64,000 nt of DNA from Alphaproteobacteria bacterium (lineage in GTDB: Bacteria > Pseudomonadota > Alphaproteobacteria > MPNO01). Both the position numbers and the translations under genes were made by a program. The stretch lies in assembly GCA_963667285.1 (NCBI GenBank), contig OY763326.1, forward strand, positions 4,847,546-4,911,545, read 5' to 3'. Positions 1 through 8,555 of the stretch are shown here, piece by piece. How positions within the stretch are numbered: the stretch's first letter is position 1; each line of letters opens with the position of its first letter. The notes beneath the pieces were generated by a model. That model was not told the DNA's origin. It did no database searches and worked only from the letters and a program-made list of their open reading frames with translations.

Positions 1-63
1 AGCGTCCGTTCCAACCGGGCCCGGAACGGCTACGCGACCGAACTCCCTCGAAGGACCGCACCC

Positions 64-260
64 ATGCCCGGCACCTACGACTATCCCGCCGAGATCAAAC
101 GCGACGAGGACGGCCGCCATGTCGTCGCATTCCCGATTTCGGGTGGGACGCGACGGAGGGCGCGACGCGCGACGAGGCGCTGGAAGAAGCCACAGACCTG
201 TTGCGCGAGCTGATCGCCGCCACGAACCGCGGGGACAAAGTTCTACCGGAGTTGCCGTAA
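64..260 (+). pseudogene. HicB-family antitoxin-like ORF, apparently frameshifted (possible pseudogene)
   Basis: ATG at 64. The N-terminus MPGTYDYPAEIKRDEDGRHVVAF fits the HicB/UPF0150 pattern. After about nt 133 the conserved continuation PDFGWDATEGATRDEALEEATDLLRELIAATNRGDKVLPELP reads in the +2 frame and ends at TAA 258-260. This is consistent with a 1-nt deletion in a C run at 132-134. No hicA is visible because the window starts at nt 1. Confidence 0.45.
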
Positions 261-505
261 GGCTCAAAGGCGCCCGTTGGTCGTGCCCCGGTGCTGAGCG
301 CACGGCAGCCGGCCCGCTACTAACGCTAACGCTAGGGCGGACTCTCGTAACGCCGCCTCGGCCCTGAACACCACAACGTCCAAAGCAACACCCGCCGATG
401 GGGGGCACTCGGCCAAAGTTTCTTTTTCTTTCCAACTGGAAATCTCTTAGCATCTGCACCATACATCCCATATCTTTGATCAACCAGTCTGGGCAGGCAC
501 ACGAT

Positions 506-1234
506 ATGGACTTCGATCAAATTGACTTTTCCGATTTGCCAGCAAATCGGGAAATGGCCTTTATTAACTTGGAACGTCAACTCAAACAGGCTTATGAAGT
601 CAGTTGTGAGAATGACAGACAAAGCCATCGCGGACAAGATGGAATATACACTGGCGAATATGAACCAGAACGCAATTACGTATCAGCTATATTAGCCTTT
701 CTCGATGAACTACGTCTCGATATTGGAGCTCAGGATATTTCTGCCTACTCATGGGACGACGGCCAAGAATTCATGCAGTCGTTCTCGGCCTTCAGGCAGA
801 AGGTGTATTATGCGGTTACTCGGTTTAAGCTGCGAATGGTACGAACCGAAAGCGGCGCCGCTGGTACTCTTCTCGACATTCGATCTGAGTATAAGGTTGA
901 AATCAGCAAACTCTTAACAACAATCAGAAAGATAGTGAATCAGGAAATTAGCGATGAGAACAAGAAAGACAGAATACACCGGAAAATAGCCGCCTTACAA
1001 CTGGAAATCGACAGAGAACGGTCTACCATAGATACACTGTTTAGCGCGGCATTAGATTTCACTCGGACGATCGCGGAATGCGCAGAAAACCTTACACCAC
1101 TCCTAGATAAGGCAGAGCAGGTGAAAAAGCTTATCTGGGATAATACACGGCTACCGCCCTCTCTTCCTGCAAGACATGAGGTGGGATTGATTGAAGATCG
1201 CTCTGACGATTCTGATGATGAAATACCACATTGA
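506..1234 (+). CDS. hypothetical protein in a low-GC island (predicted alpha-helical, acidic C-terminal tail DRSDDSDDEIPH)
   Basis: 243-codon ORF from ATG 506 (MDFDQIDF...), clearly AT-richer than the surrounding ~67% GC DNA (visual estimate). No family recognised. It sits between TA debris and an IS remnant. Confidence 0.5.
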   Translation: MDFDQIDFSDLPANREMAFINLERQLKQAYEVSCENDRQSHRGQDGIYTGEYEPERNYVSAILAFLDELRLDIGAQDISAYSWDDGQEFMQSFSAFRQKVYYAVTRFKLRMVRTESGAAGTLLDIRSEYKVEISKLLTTIRKIVNQEISDENKKDRIHRKIAALQLEIDRERSTIDTLFSAALDFTRTIAECAENLTPLLDKAEQVKKLIWDNTRLPPSLPARHEVGLIEDRSDDSDDEIPH

Positions 1235-1957
1235 TTTCATTTGTTACTTGTTTGACCGATAGCGGTGAACGTTTATTTATTCTCTGCTAGGAATGATGGT
1301 TCCCAACAACTCTAATTGTACAGTCGGCCTGCTACAGTATGCGGCGTGTCGAGGCCGTATCTGACATCCACATTAGAGCATTAATCATGAGCTACGTCCT
1401 CTGCCACCCGGTGGGTCGCGCGTTAGTATCCGTCGGCGACGAGGCCTTGAGCGAGGCCGTCTCCTCGCTACACCGCTTTTGATGCTCGATCAGATGGTGC
1501 TCAGGCTTCTGGCGCCGCTAGGGGACCACGGCTACGTCCTGCCTGGGAATCTAATCGACATCCTCGACTCGACGGAGCGACGGGAGCGGATCGAAGAGGC
1601 GAAGGAGCGTCTGGGGCTGGCGTGATCGGCCCGCTCGGATCGCGCTCATGACGAAGGGGAGGGACGCGATGAAATGACATCGTCAAGACCATATCGCCCC
1701 GTCGCCGGACACCGGGTCCGGAACGGTCCCCATCGTGGCGCGGCCCTCTGGAAACTCGTCTGACAGGCGAGTACCGCGCGAGATTACGGCTCATTGGGAG
1801 GAGAAGATGAGACCTTTGAATTCTCATTCGCCTACTCCCGTAGCAGACGCCTACTCCCGTAGCAGACAGCGCAGAAAAGGCGCCGTGTAGTCCGTGCCGT
1901 GAATGTAAAGCTCGTCCGGGTTTATCGTGCCGGGCTTGAAGTAGATCACGACGCGAT

Positions 1958-2686
1958 TCAGAAACCGGCGCACCGCGCTAATGTCCGCCCGCCTAAAGCC
2001 GGATAGGCCGCCAGCCCGTCCGTTGAGGCACGGGCGATCGCCCCAACATGTAGCAGCGCGCCGTCGATGACCGGATAGCCCGGGTCGCGATCCTCGAAGG
2101 CGAGGAACAGGTCGGTGCCGGCGAGCAGCACCGCTTCCGCGCCCTGTCGTTCGACCAGATCGCGGCCTATGCGGAAAAGGATATTGCGCCCCGCTTCGGT
2201 GACGGCGCCGGCCCTGGCAAGCGCGATATAGGCGTCGTGGACGGCCTTTAGATCGTCGCCTTCCGGGATTGCCGTTTCGACCCCGGCCAGGCCGCCGTAA
2301 ATACCGCTGGTCATCGCCACTGCCGTGCCGATCAGGCCGATCTTCCCGATGCCGCGTTCGCTCAGGCCGGCGGCGATTGCCGGCACGACATTGAGCGCCG
2401 GCAAGGGCGAGATCGGCTCGAAGGCGCAGAAGCAGTAATGCCCGCCGATGGAGGAGATCGCCACCGCCCCGGCGCCGGCTGCCTTGAGACGTTCGGTGAG
2501 CCCGACAAAGACTGCCGCCTGCGCCTGGGCATCGCCCGCCTCTGCATTGGCCGCCAAGCCGTGCGCGTCGGCATGGACGATGGTAAGTTCCATGCGCCGG
2601 CCCGCCGCCTCGTGATGCTGCACAAGATGGCGGTAGTAATGCGCCGTCGCGGCAGGTCCGATGCCGCCGATCAGTCCGATATGCAT
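1958..2686 (-). CDS. aspartate/glutamate/hydantoin racemase family protein
   Basis: Translation MHIGLIGGIGPAATAHYYRHL... carries the typical Asp/Glu racemase N-terminal motif and overall family pattern. ATG at 2686 is preceded by a GAGGAGG RBS. The ORF track extends it to a GTG at 2752. Confidence 0.8.
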   Translation of the reverse strand: MHIGLIGGIGPAATAHYYRHLVQHHEAAGRRMELTIVHADAHGLAANAEAGDAQAQAAVFVGLTERLKAAGAGAVAISSIGGHYCFCAFEPISPLPALNVVPAIAAGLSERGIGKIGLIGTAVAMTSGIYGGLAGVETAIPEGDDLKAVHDAYIALARAGAVTEAGRNILFRIGRDLVERQGAEAVLLAGTDLFLAFEDRDPGYPVIDGALLHVGAIARASTDGLAAYPALGGRTLARCAGF

Positions 2687-3445
2687 GGGCACCTCCTCAA
2701 CAGGCGCCTTGGCGGCCCGGAGGACACCCCATCGCCCGGCGCTCTCCGCCACTTGCTTTCCGCACTAACAGCGAAAGCCCGACAATGAAAATGCCGATTG
2801 AGAGAAAATGCATGATGCGAACGTATCCGGCAGGCCCTCCGACACTTCCGGTCTGCATTGCGGGCTTCCCTGCGCCGATCGCTTCCAGCTGGACGATCTT
2901 CCTCCCAGCTTTGCTTCCCGCACCTTGGCTCTCGGCGAAAGTCTCCCGATGATCGGGAAACTACTCTGGCATATGCGACGCGGGCGGACGGGCGCTCGCG
3001 GTCCGGCGAGGCCCGCGGCGGGGCTCGGGCTACTCTGGAGAGGGCACGATCAATCGTGGATCGCGCCGAGAGGGACGGGCAACGTATTCGCATCGCACTC
3101 GGTAAGCTCGACACGATGATTGACCTCTTGGCCGGCGAGGCAGTCGAAGAAGAACTGTCAGATGTCATCATGCGGGCAGATGATGCCGGACGGGCGCTTG
3201 ATGAGCAGGAGTTTGAAGTTGCGGTTCTCTAAACCGGGATTCCCCATATGGAACACTTCCAGCCCGTTGAGTGTGGTTCGAAACCGCTCGATGTGCAACT
3301 TGCCTTCGAATGACGGCCATCTTCGCGCCGATCCGGATGATTGAGGACCAATTGGCGGCGTTGGTGGCGCGGAATGGCATTTTTGCCGGCGATCCGGGCG
3401 CACCGATCATGTCGGCGGCGACGGGAAGGAACGGGGTGCCGTCGC

Positions 3446-4042
3446 TCATGCCGGGGCTGGCGGCGGTCTGAGCCGGTCGATTCGGCGCAGGATGTCGGCG
3501 AACAGGTCACGAGGAATGACAACCTCGGCCATCTGGAACGTGACGTAGCGCCCGTGGCGCACGACCTTCGCTCCGATCTTGATGAGCTTCTCTCGCAGGC
3601 TGGTCAGTGACCACTGTTCCACGGCATCGGGCAGCGCGAGGGTGCGCATGAAGTTGCCGAGGTTGTAGGCGAGCGCGTGAAGCTGGAGGCGAACGGCATT
3701 GTGGTCGAACCTGCGGCACGACAGGCGTGTCCACCGGATCGCGTTCTTGCCCTCCTTGATCCATTGCTCCGCCGTGCCGCGCCGATTGTAGAACGCAACC
3801 ACCCGCTCGGCGGGGCGGCCCAGGTTGGTGACAATAAACCCGACCCGCGGGTACAACTCACCCGGATGCCACTCGACCTTGGCGACGACGCGGCGGGGCT
3901 TGTCCCAGGTTCCGGCCTGATAACTGAAGCTGGCATGATACCGGCGTATGTCCTTGGGCGGCCTGCCGACGGGGCGCTTCAGGAGATGAGCGATGCTCTC
4001 TTGCAGCACCTTGTTGGCGGGCAGCCGGATGGCGTAGAGCAT
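3446..4042 (-). mobile_element. IS1380-family (IS4-like DDE) transposase, C-terminal ~200 aa fragment only
   Basis: The fragment ...VVAKVEWHPGELYPRVGFIVTNLGRP...YNRRGTAEQWIKEGKNAIRWTRLSCRRFDHNAVRLQLHALAYNLGNFMRTLALP...LREKLIKIGAKVVRHGRYVTFQMAEV matches the conserved C-terminal region of IS1380-family transposases. The N-terminal ~250 aa are absent, so this is a truncated remnant. Confidence 0.6.
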
Positions 4043-4228
4043 GCCGTCGGCTTCGAGGTAGTCGTAGATCTCCGGTGAGGCGAAGGCCGCATCGCCGCGG
4101 AATGACCCGTTCGCCGCCGCGCTCCAACGCCCCCCCGCCCCCCAACGTCATGCCCGGGCGCCCTCTGGCGTCCGGCGCGGCGCTTTCGTAGAGTCGGGCC
4201 GTCCTCCGGGCAATCCGCAGGAGTGGAG

Positions 4229-5044
4229 ATGATCCGTTCGCCGAACCATACCGTCGAGGCCGCCGTGGCCGACGGTGTGTGCACCGTAACCCTGTCGCGG
4301 CCGCAGTCGCTGAACGCGATCGACGGCGACATGGCGACGGCGCTCCATGCGGTGACCGAGGCGGCGGCGGCGGACCGGGCGGTCCGCTGCGTGCTGATCC
4401 GCGGCGCGGGCGATCACTTCATGGCCGGCGGCGACATCGCGGCGTTCCGCGCCAGGCTCGCGGAGATTCCCGGTTCGGAAGACCGGCGCGCCCATTTCGA
4501 GGCCTTCGTGCACCGCGTCCATCCCACGATCCGGGCGCTGCGGGCGATGCCCAAGCCGGCGGTCGCGGCGGTGCACGGCGCGGTGGCCGGGTTCGGGATG
4601 AGCCTGATGTCCGCCTGCGACCTCGCGGTGGCGAGCGAGACCGCCTTCTTCACCCTCGCCTATTGCCATATCGGCGTCAGCCCGGACGGGTCGTCGACCT
4701 ACACCCTGCCGCGCATCGTCGGGCTCAAGCGCAGCTTCGAGATGGCCTATCTCGGCGAGCGCTTCGGCGCGGAGGAGGCGAGGGCCATGGGGCTGGTCAA
4801 CCGCGTCGTGCCCGAGTCCGGGTTCGACGAGGCGGTCGACGGGCTCGCGCGCTGCCTGGCGGCGGGCCCGACCCGCGCCTACGCCAACGCCAAGGCGCTG
4901 CTCAACGCCTCCGGCGGGCGTTCGCTCGACGAACAGCTCGACGCCGAAGCCGCCGCCTTCGCCGACTGCGCCGCGGGCGGGGACTTCGCCGAGGGCATCG
5001 CCGCCTTCCTCGACAAGCGCACCCCCTCCTTCACCGGACGCTGA
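4229..5044 (+). CDS. enoyl-CoA hydratase/isomerase (crotonase superfamily)
   Basis: Crotonase fold motifs (AVHGAVAGFGMSLMSACDLAVAS, DGDMATAL...). GCAGGAG RBS 6 nt upstream of ATG 4229. The ORF track lists an alternative GTG at 4223. Confidence 0.85.
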   Translation: MIRSPNHTVEAAVADGVCTVTLSRPQSLNAIDGDMATALHAVTEAAAADRAVRCVLIRGAGDHFMAGGDIAAFRARLAEIPGSEDRRAHFEAFVHRVHPTIRALRAMPKPAVAAVHGAVAGFGMSLMSACDLAVASETAFFTLAYCHIGVSPDGSSTYTLPRIVGLKRSFEMAYLGERFGAEEARAMGLVNRVVPESGFDEAVDGLARCLAAGPTRAYANAKALLNASGGRSLDEQLDAEAAAFADCAAGGDFAEGIAAFLDKRTPSFTGR

Positions 5045-5062
5045 CGCCCCGTCCCCGGCTCC

Positions 5063-6016
5063 TCAATGGCCCGCCGGCGGGTCGCGGCGCACCGGCCAGG
5101 GCTTGTCGGAGACCACGGCGGGGCGCACCCGCATCTCGTCGGCGATGTCGATCACCATCAGGTCGTAGCCGATCTCGATCCGGCCGTCATACCCCTCGCC
5201 GACCTGGGCGAGCGCCGGGCCGATCACGTCGTCGTTGTTGTACATGTGGTAGATCACCCCGAGCCGGGGCCGGACGGCGGCCAGCACCTCGCCCACCTCG
5301 CGCGGCGCGGTGTGGACCTGTTCGGCGATGATGCGGGCAAGCTCGATCGGCCTTCCCGCCTTGTCGGCATAGACCTCGACCGGGGGGAACGCCTCGTGGA
5401 TCAGCAGGTCGACGCCGCTCGCCTTCTCGATCAGCGCGTCGCATTTCTTGGTGTCGCCGGAGAACACCATCGACCTTCCGGCGTAGTCGATGCGGATGCC
5501 GAAGGTGTTGTGCGGCGGGGTGTGCACTACCTCGAAGGCGGCCACGCGGATGCCGTCCTCCTCCCACACCGTGCCCTCGCCGTAATCCGTCGCCTCGATC
5601 TCGGAGCCCTGGAGGGAGTCGAACACGCGGCGCCGGGTCTCGATGTCCCACGCATAGATCTCACGCAGATGCCCGACGATGTCCTCCGTCCCGGGCGGAC
5701 CCCAGACCCTGAGCGGGCGGCGCCGTCCATAGGTCCAGCCGCCGATCCAGAACTGGTCCAGCCCGCCGATGTGGTCGACGTGATGATGCGTGAGGAAGAC
5801 CTTGTCCACCTCGTCGAACGGGATCTCCAGCGAGGTGAAATTGGCCGGCGTCCCCGAACCGACATCGAGCAGCATCTTGTGCCGGCCCGCCTCGACGAAC
5901 ATGCCGGCCGCCGCCTGGCCGCGGCGCGGGAACGGCGTGCCGGTGCCGAGCAGGGTGACCCGCATCGCGCCCGGCTCCAGCGGTTCGCCGGGGTAGAAGA
6001 CGTGCCGGTTCTCCAT
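5063..6016 (-). CDS. MBL-fold metallo-hydrolase
   Basis: HHHVDHIGG metal-binding motif and beta-lactamase-fold pattern. Convergent with the crotonase gene. Confidence 0.8.
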   Translation of the reverse strand: MENRHVFYPGEPLEPGAMRVTLLGTGTPFPRRGQAAAGMFVEAGRHKMLLDVGSGTPANFTSLEIPFDEVDKVFLTHHHVDHIGGLDQFWIGGWTYGRRRPLRVWGPPGTEDIVGHLREIYAWDIETRRRVFDSLQGSEIEATDYGEGTVWEEDGIRVAAFEVVHTPPHNTFGIRIDYAGRSMVFSGDTKKCDALIEKASGVDLLIHEAFPPVEVYADKAGRPIELARIIAEQVHTAPREVGEVLAAVRPRLGVIYHMYNNDDVIGPALAQVGEGYDGRIEIGYDLMVIDIADEMRVRPAVVSDKPWPVRRDPPAGH

Positions 6017-6200
6017 CGCTTCTCTCTCCGTCGTTTGGCGGGCGGGACATCATAGACGGGCGGCCGCGGGCAGGGAAAAACCGCTCCGGGAGACGGGTTA
6101 CAGCCCGCTGGACGGCTGTTATCATGCGCGGCGGAATCGGGCCCCCGGTCGCGCGGGCGGGCCGGAAACCCGACGGACAACCACAGGGAGCAGCTATCCG

Positions 6201-7214
6201 ATGAAACCGACCTTTGGATCCCTTGCCGCGGCCGGGGTCGCGGCGCTGACGGCGGCGGCGATCGCCCTGCCCGCCCAGGCGGCGACCGAGCTCAAGGTGA
6301 CGACGGCGCTCGGAACCAAGCACGACCAGTCGCAGGCCTTCCTCGAGACCTTCGTCAAGAAGATGAAGGAGGACGAGAGCGAGGTTACGCTGAAATATCT
6401 CGGCGGACCGGAGGTAACACCGCCCCGCAAGCAGGGCGCGGCGTTGAAGCGGGGTCTCATCGACATCATCATGTCGCCGTCGACCTATTACTCCGCCGCG
6501 CAGCCCGAAGCGAAGCTGACCGGGATCTCCAACATTCCGCCGCAGGAATGGCGCAAGAACGGCGGCTACGACCTCTTCTCCAAGGCGTGGGCCGAGCGGT
6601 CGAACGCGATCATCCTCGGATGGGGCAATTTCTACACCACCGAGCAGTTCTCGATCTGGCTGATCGACAAGCCCAAGCTCAGCAAGGAGACCGGGCTTGA
6701 CATCAGGGGCCTGAAGATGCGCTCGACCGCCCTCTACACGGCCTTCTTCAAGGCGATGGGCGCTATCCCGAAGACGATCGACCCGGCCGAGGTTTATACC
6801 GCGCTCGAACGCGGCGCGGTCCAGGGCCTTGCCTGGCCCGAAGGCGGGGTCGCGTTCCGCGGCTGGCAACGCTTCATCAAGTACCGGATCTTCCCCGGCT
6901 TCTTCCGGTCGACGACCATGGCGACGATGAACAAGGACAAGTTCGAGAGCCTGTCGAAGAAGGCGCAGGCGCAGATTCTCGCCGCCGGGCTGCATTACGA
7001 GAACGCGTCGGGACAGATCCTCAAGGCGAAGGCGAAGATCGACAACGAGAAGATTCGCAAGGCGGGCGTGCAGGACTATCACCTCCCGCCCGAATACGCG
7101 AAGATCTACATCAAGACGATCCTGGGCGCGAAATGGGCCGAAGCCGAGGGACAGAAGTTCACGATCCCCTTGAGCGAAATGAGAGCCAAGCTGTACAAGG
7201 CGGCCGGAAGTTGA
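6201..7214 (+). CDS. dctP: TRAP transporter substrate-binding protein, DctP family
   Basis: N-terminal signal peptide (AALTAAAIALPAQAATELKV) and DctP-family pattern. Convergent with the dctQM/Rieske operon. Confidence 0.85.
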   Translation: MKPTFGSLAAAGVAALTAAAIALPAQAATELKVTTALGTKHDQSQAFLETFVKKMKEDESEVTLKYLGGPEVTPPRKQGAALKRGLIDIIMSPSTYYSAAQPEAKLTGISNIPPQEWRKNGGYDLFSKAWAERSNAIILGWGNFYTTEQFSIWLIDKPKLSKETGLDIRGLKMRSTALYTAFFKAMGAIPKTIDPAEVYTALERGAVQGLAWPEGGVAFRGWQRFIKYRIFPGFFRSTTMATMNKDKFESLSKKAQAQILAAGLHYENASGQILKAKAKIDNEKIRKAGVQDYHLPPEYAKIYIKTILGAKWAEAEGQKFTIPLSEMRAKLYKAAGS

Positions 7215-7242
7215 TCCGACCCGACCGATACACGAGACTCCA

Positions 7243-7272
7243 GACGCCGCCCTCCGGGGCGGCGTCTTTTTT
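7243..7272 (+). terminator. rho-independent terminator downstream of dctP
   Basis: GACGCCGCCCTCCGGGGCGGCGTC perfect GC-rich hairpin followed by TTTTTTT. Confidence 0.7.
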
Positions 7273-7360
7273 TCCGGGGTAGCGGCTTTCTCCCGACCCC
7301 CTCGCGTCACCCCTCCATCGTCATGACGACAGGGAGCGCCGCCCGCCCCCCTCGGCCCCG

Positions 7361-8533
7361 CTACGCCGGCGCGAGCACCTCGTTGCGCGACGGAATCTCG
7401 ACCACCTGCTCGGCGGGATCGCGGGCGGTGCCGGGCGGGTCCTCGCCGCGCTCCATGGCATCGATCGCCTCGCGCAGGCGGCGGCGGAACATCGCGACGC
7501 CGCGGTCCGAGCTCGCCAGGTGTTCCAGCGCGTGGCGCGCGATCGCCCGCTGGCTCACCTGCGCCTCCCAGTCGTCGGGCGCGCGCTGCCGCTCCTCGTA
7601 GCCGCGCACGACCGGCGCGTCGGGCGGCTGGAAGATCTTCTTGTCGGGATCGATGCGCTCGACGTGGAAGCCGATCGTGTTCCCGTTGTCGACCGGCACC
7701 CACCAGCCGACCATGCGCGCACGTTCGGTCTCCTCGGGGTCGGTACCGGTCACCTCGGGCGGCGGCACCGACCGCGCGGTCGGCACGAAGACGGTCGAGA
7801 TCCGCGTCAGCCGGTGGCCGTTGTCGAGATCGCTGGTGCGGATATAGGACACGTGGCGGTCCGAATTCACGTAGTCGTAGCGCGGCGGCACCGCCATCAC
7901 CTCCGAGAATTCGAAGAGCCCCGGATTCCAGCCATGCAGGATGTTGGTATGGACCGGGTCGACGGCGTTCTCCTGGAGCTGCAGCCAGTTGCACGCCGCG
8001 ACCTCGCCCCGGCTGTAGTTGCGGTAGGCGAGGTACACCGCCTCCTCGTCCTCCAGGACGTCGTAGCGCGGCAATAGCGGCTTTTTCTCCAGCGGCCCCA
8101 TATAGGCGAAGACCAGACCCATGTATTCCTCGGCCGGGTACCAGGGCTGGCGGATCTCCTCCCTGTAGCGGCTGTGCGCGGGCTCGCCCGGCTGGTCGAG
8201 GCAGCGCCCCTCGCGGTCGTAGAGCCAGCCGTGATAGCAGCAGCGGATGCCGTTCTCCTCGATCCGGCCGTATTCGAGCGAGGTGCCGCGATGCGAGCAA
8301 TGCGCGCCGAGCACGCCGACGCGGCCCGATCTGTCGCGATAGGCGACCAGCTCCTCGCCCAGGATTTTCAGGAATTTGGGAAGCTCGCCGAGCTCCGCCG
8401 ACAGGCAGACCGGTTGCCAGTAGCGCCGCATCAGCTCGCCCATCGGCGTGCCGAAGGCCACATGGGTGAGTCTCGAATCCTCGTCGGGGACGATCGCGTT
8501 TCGGCCGTAGCCGGACCCGTCTGAATCGCTCAT
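7361..8533 (-). CDS. Rieske [2Fe-2S] aromatic ring-hydroxylating oxygenase alpha subunit (phthalate-dioxygenase-like alpha-only type)
   Basis: Rieske motif CSHRGTSLEYGRIEENGIRCCYHGW (CxH...CxxH) and mononuclear-iron catalytic domain pattern. No beta subunit or reductase is adjacent. Confidence 0.85.
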   Translation of the reverse strand: MSDSDGSGYGRNAIVPDEDSRLTHVAFGTPMGELMRRYWQPVCLSAELGELPKFLKILGEELVAYRDRSGRVGVLGAHCSHRGTSLEYGRIEENGIRCCYHGWLYDREGRCLDQPGEPAHSRYREEIRQPWYPAEEYMGLVFAYMGPLEKKPLLPRYDVLEDEEAVYLAYRNYSRGEVAACNWLQLQENAVDPVHTNILHGWNPGLFEFSEVMAVPPRYDYVNSDRHVSYIRTSDLDNGHRLTRISTVFVPTARSVPPPEVTGTDPEETERARMVGWWVPVDNGNTIGFHVERIDPDKKIFQPPDAPVVRGYEERQRAPDDWEAQVSQRAIARHALEHLASSDRGVAMFRRRLREAIDAMERGEDPPGTARDPAEQVVEIPSRNEVLAPA

Positions 8534-8555
8534 CCGCCTCTCTCCTTCCCCCGTC

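Noticed and set aside
4279-5331. 350-aa arginine-rich ORF overlapping the crotonase gene in another frame
   Set aside because: It is an alternative frame of a well-supported enoyl-CoA hydratase gene, with low-complexity RRG-rich translation and no start-site support.
5661-8300. 879-aa ORF on the minus strand, plus similar giant ORFs (16174-19131, 31300-34236, 8793-10460, 19861-21549, 60326-62416, 37705-38808)
   Set aside because: They are arginine-, proline- and glycine-rich translations antisense to, or out of frame with, genes that have clear family-level signatures. Long stop-free antisense frames are expected at ~67% GC. None has a recognisable motif.
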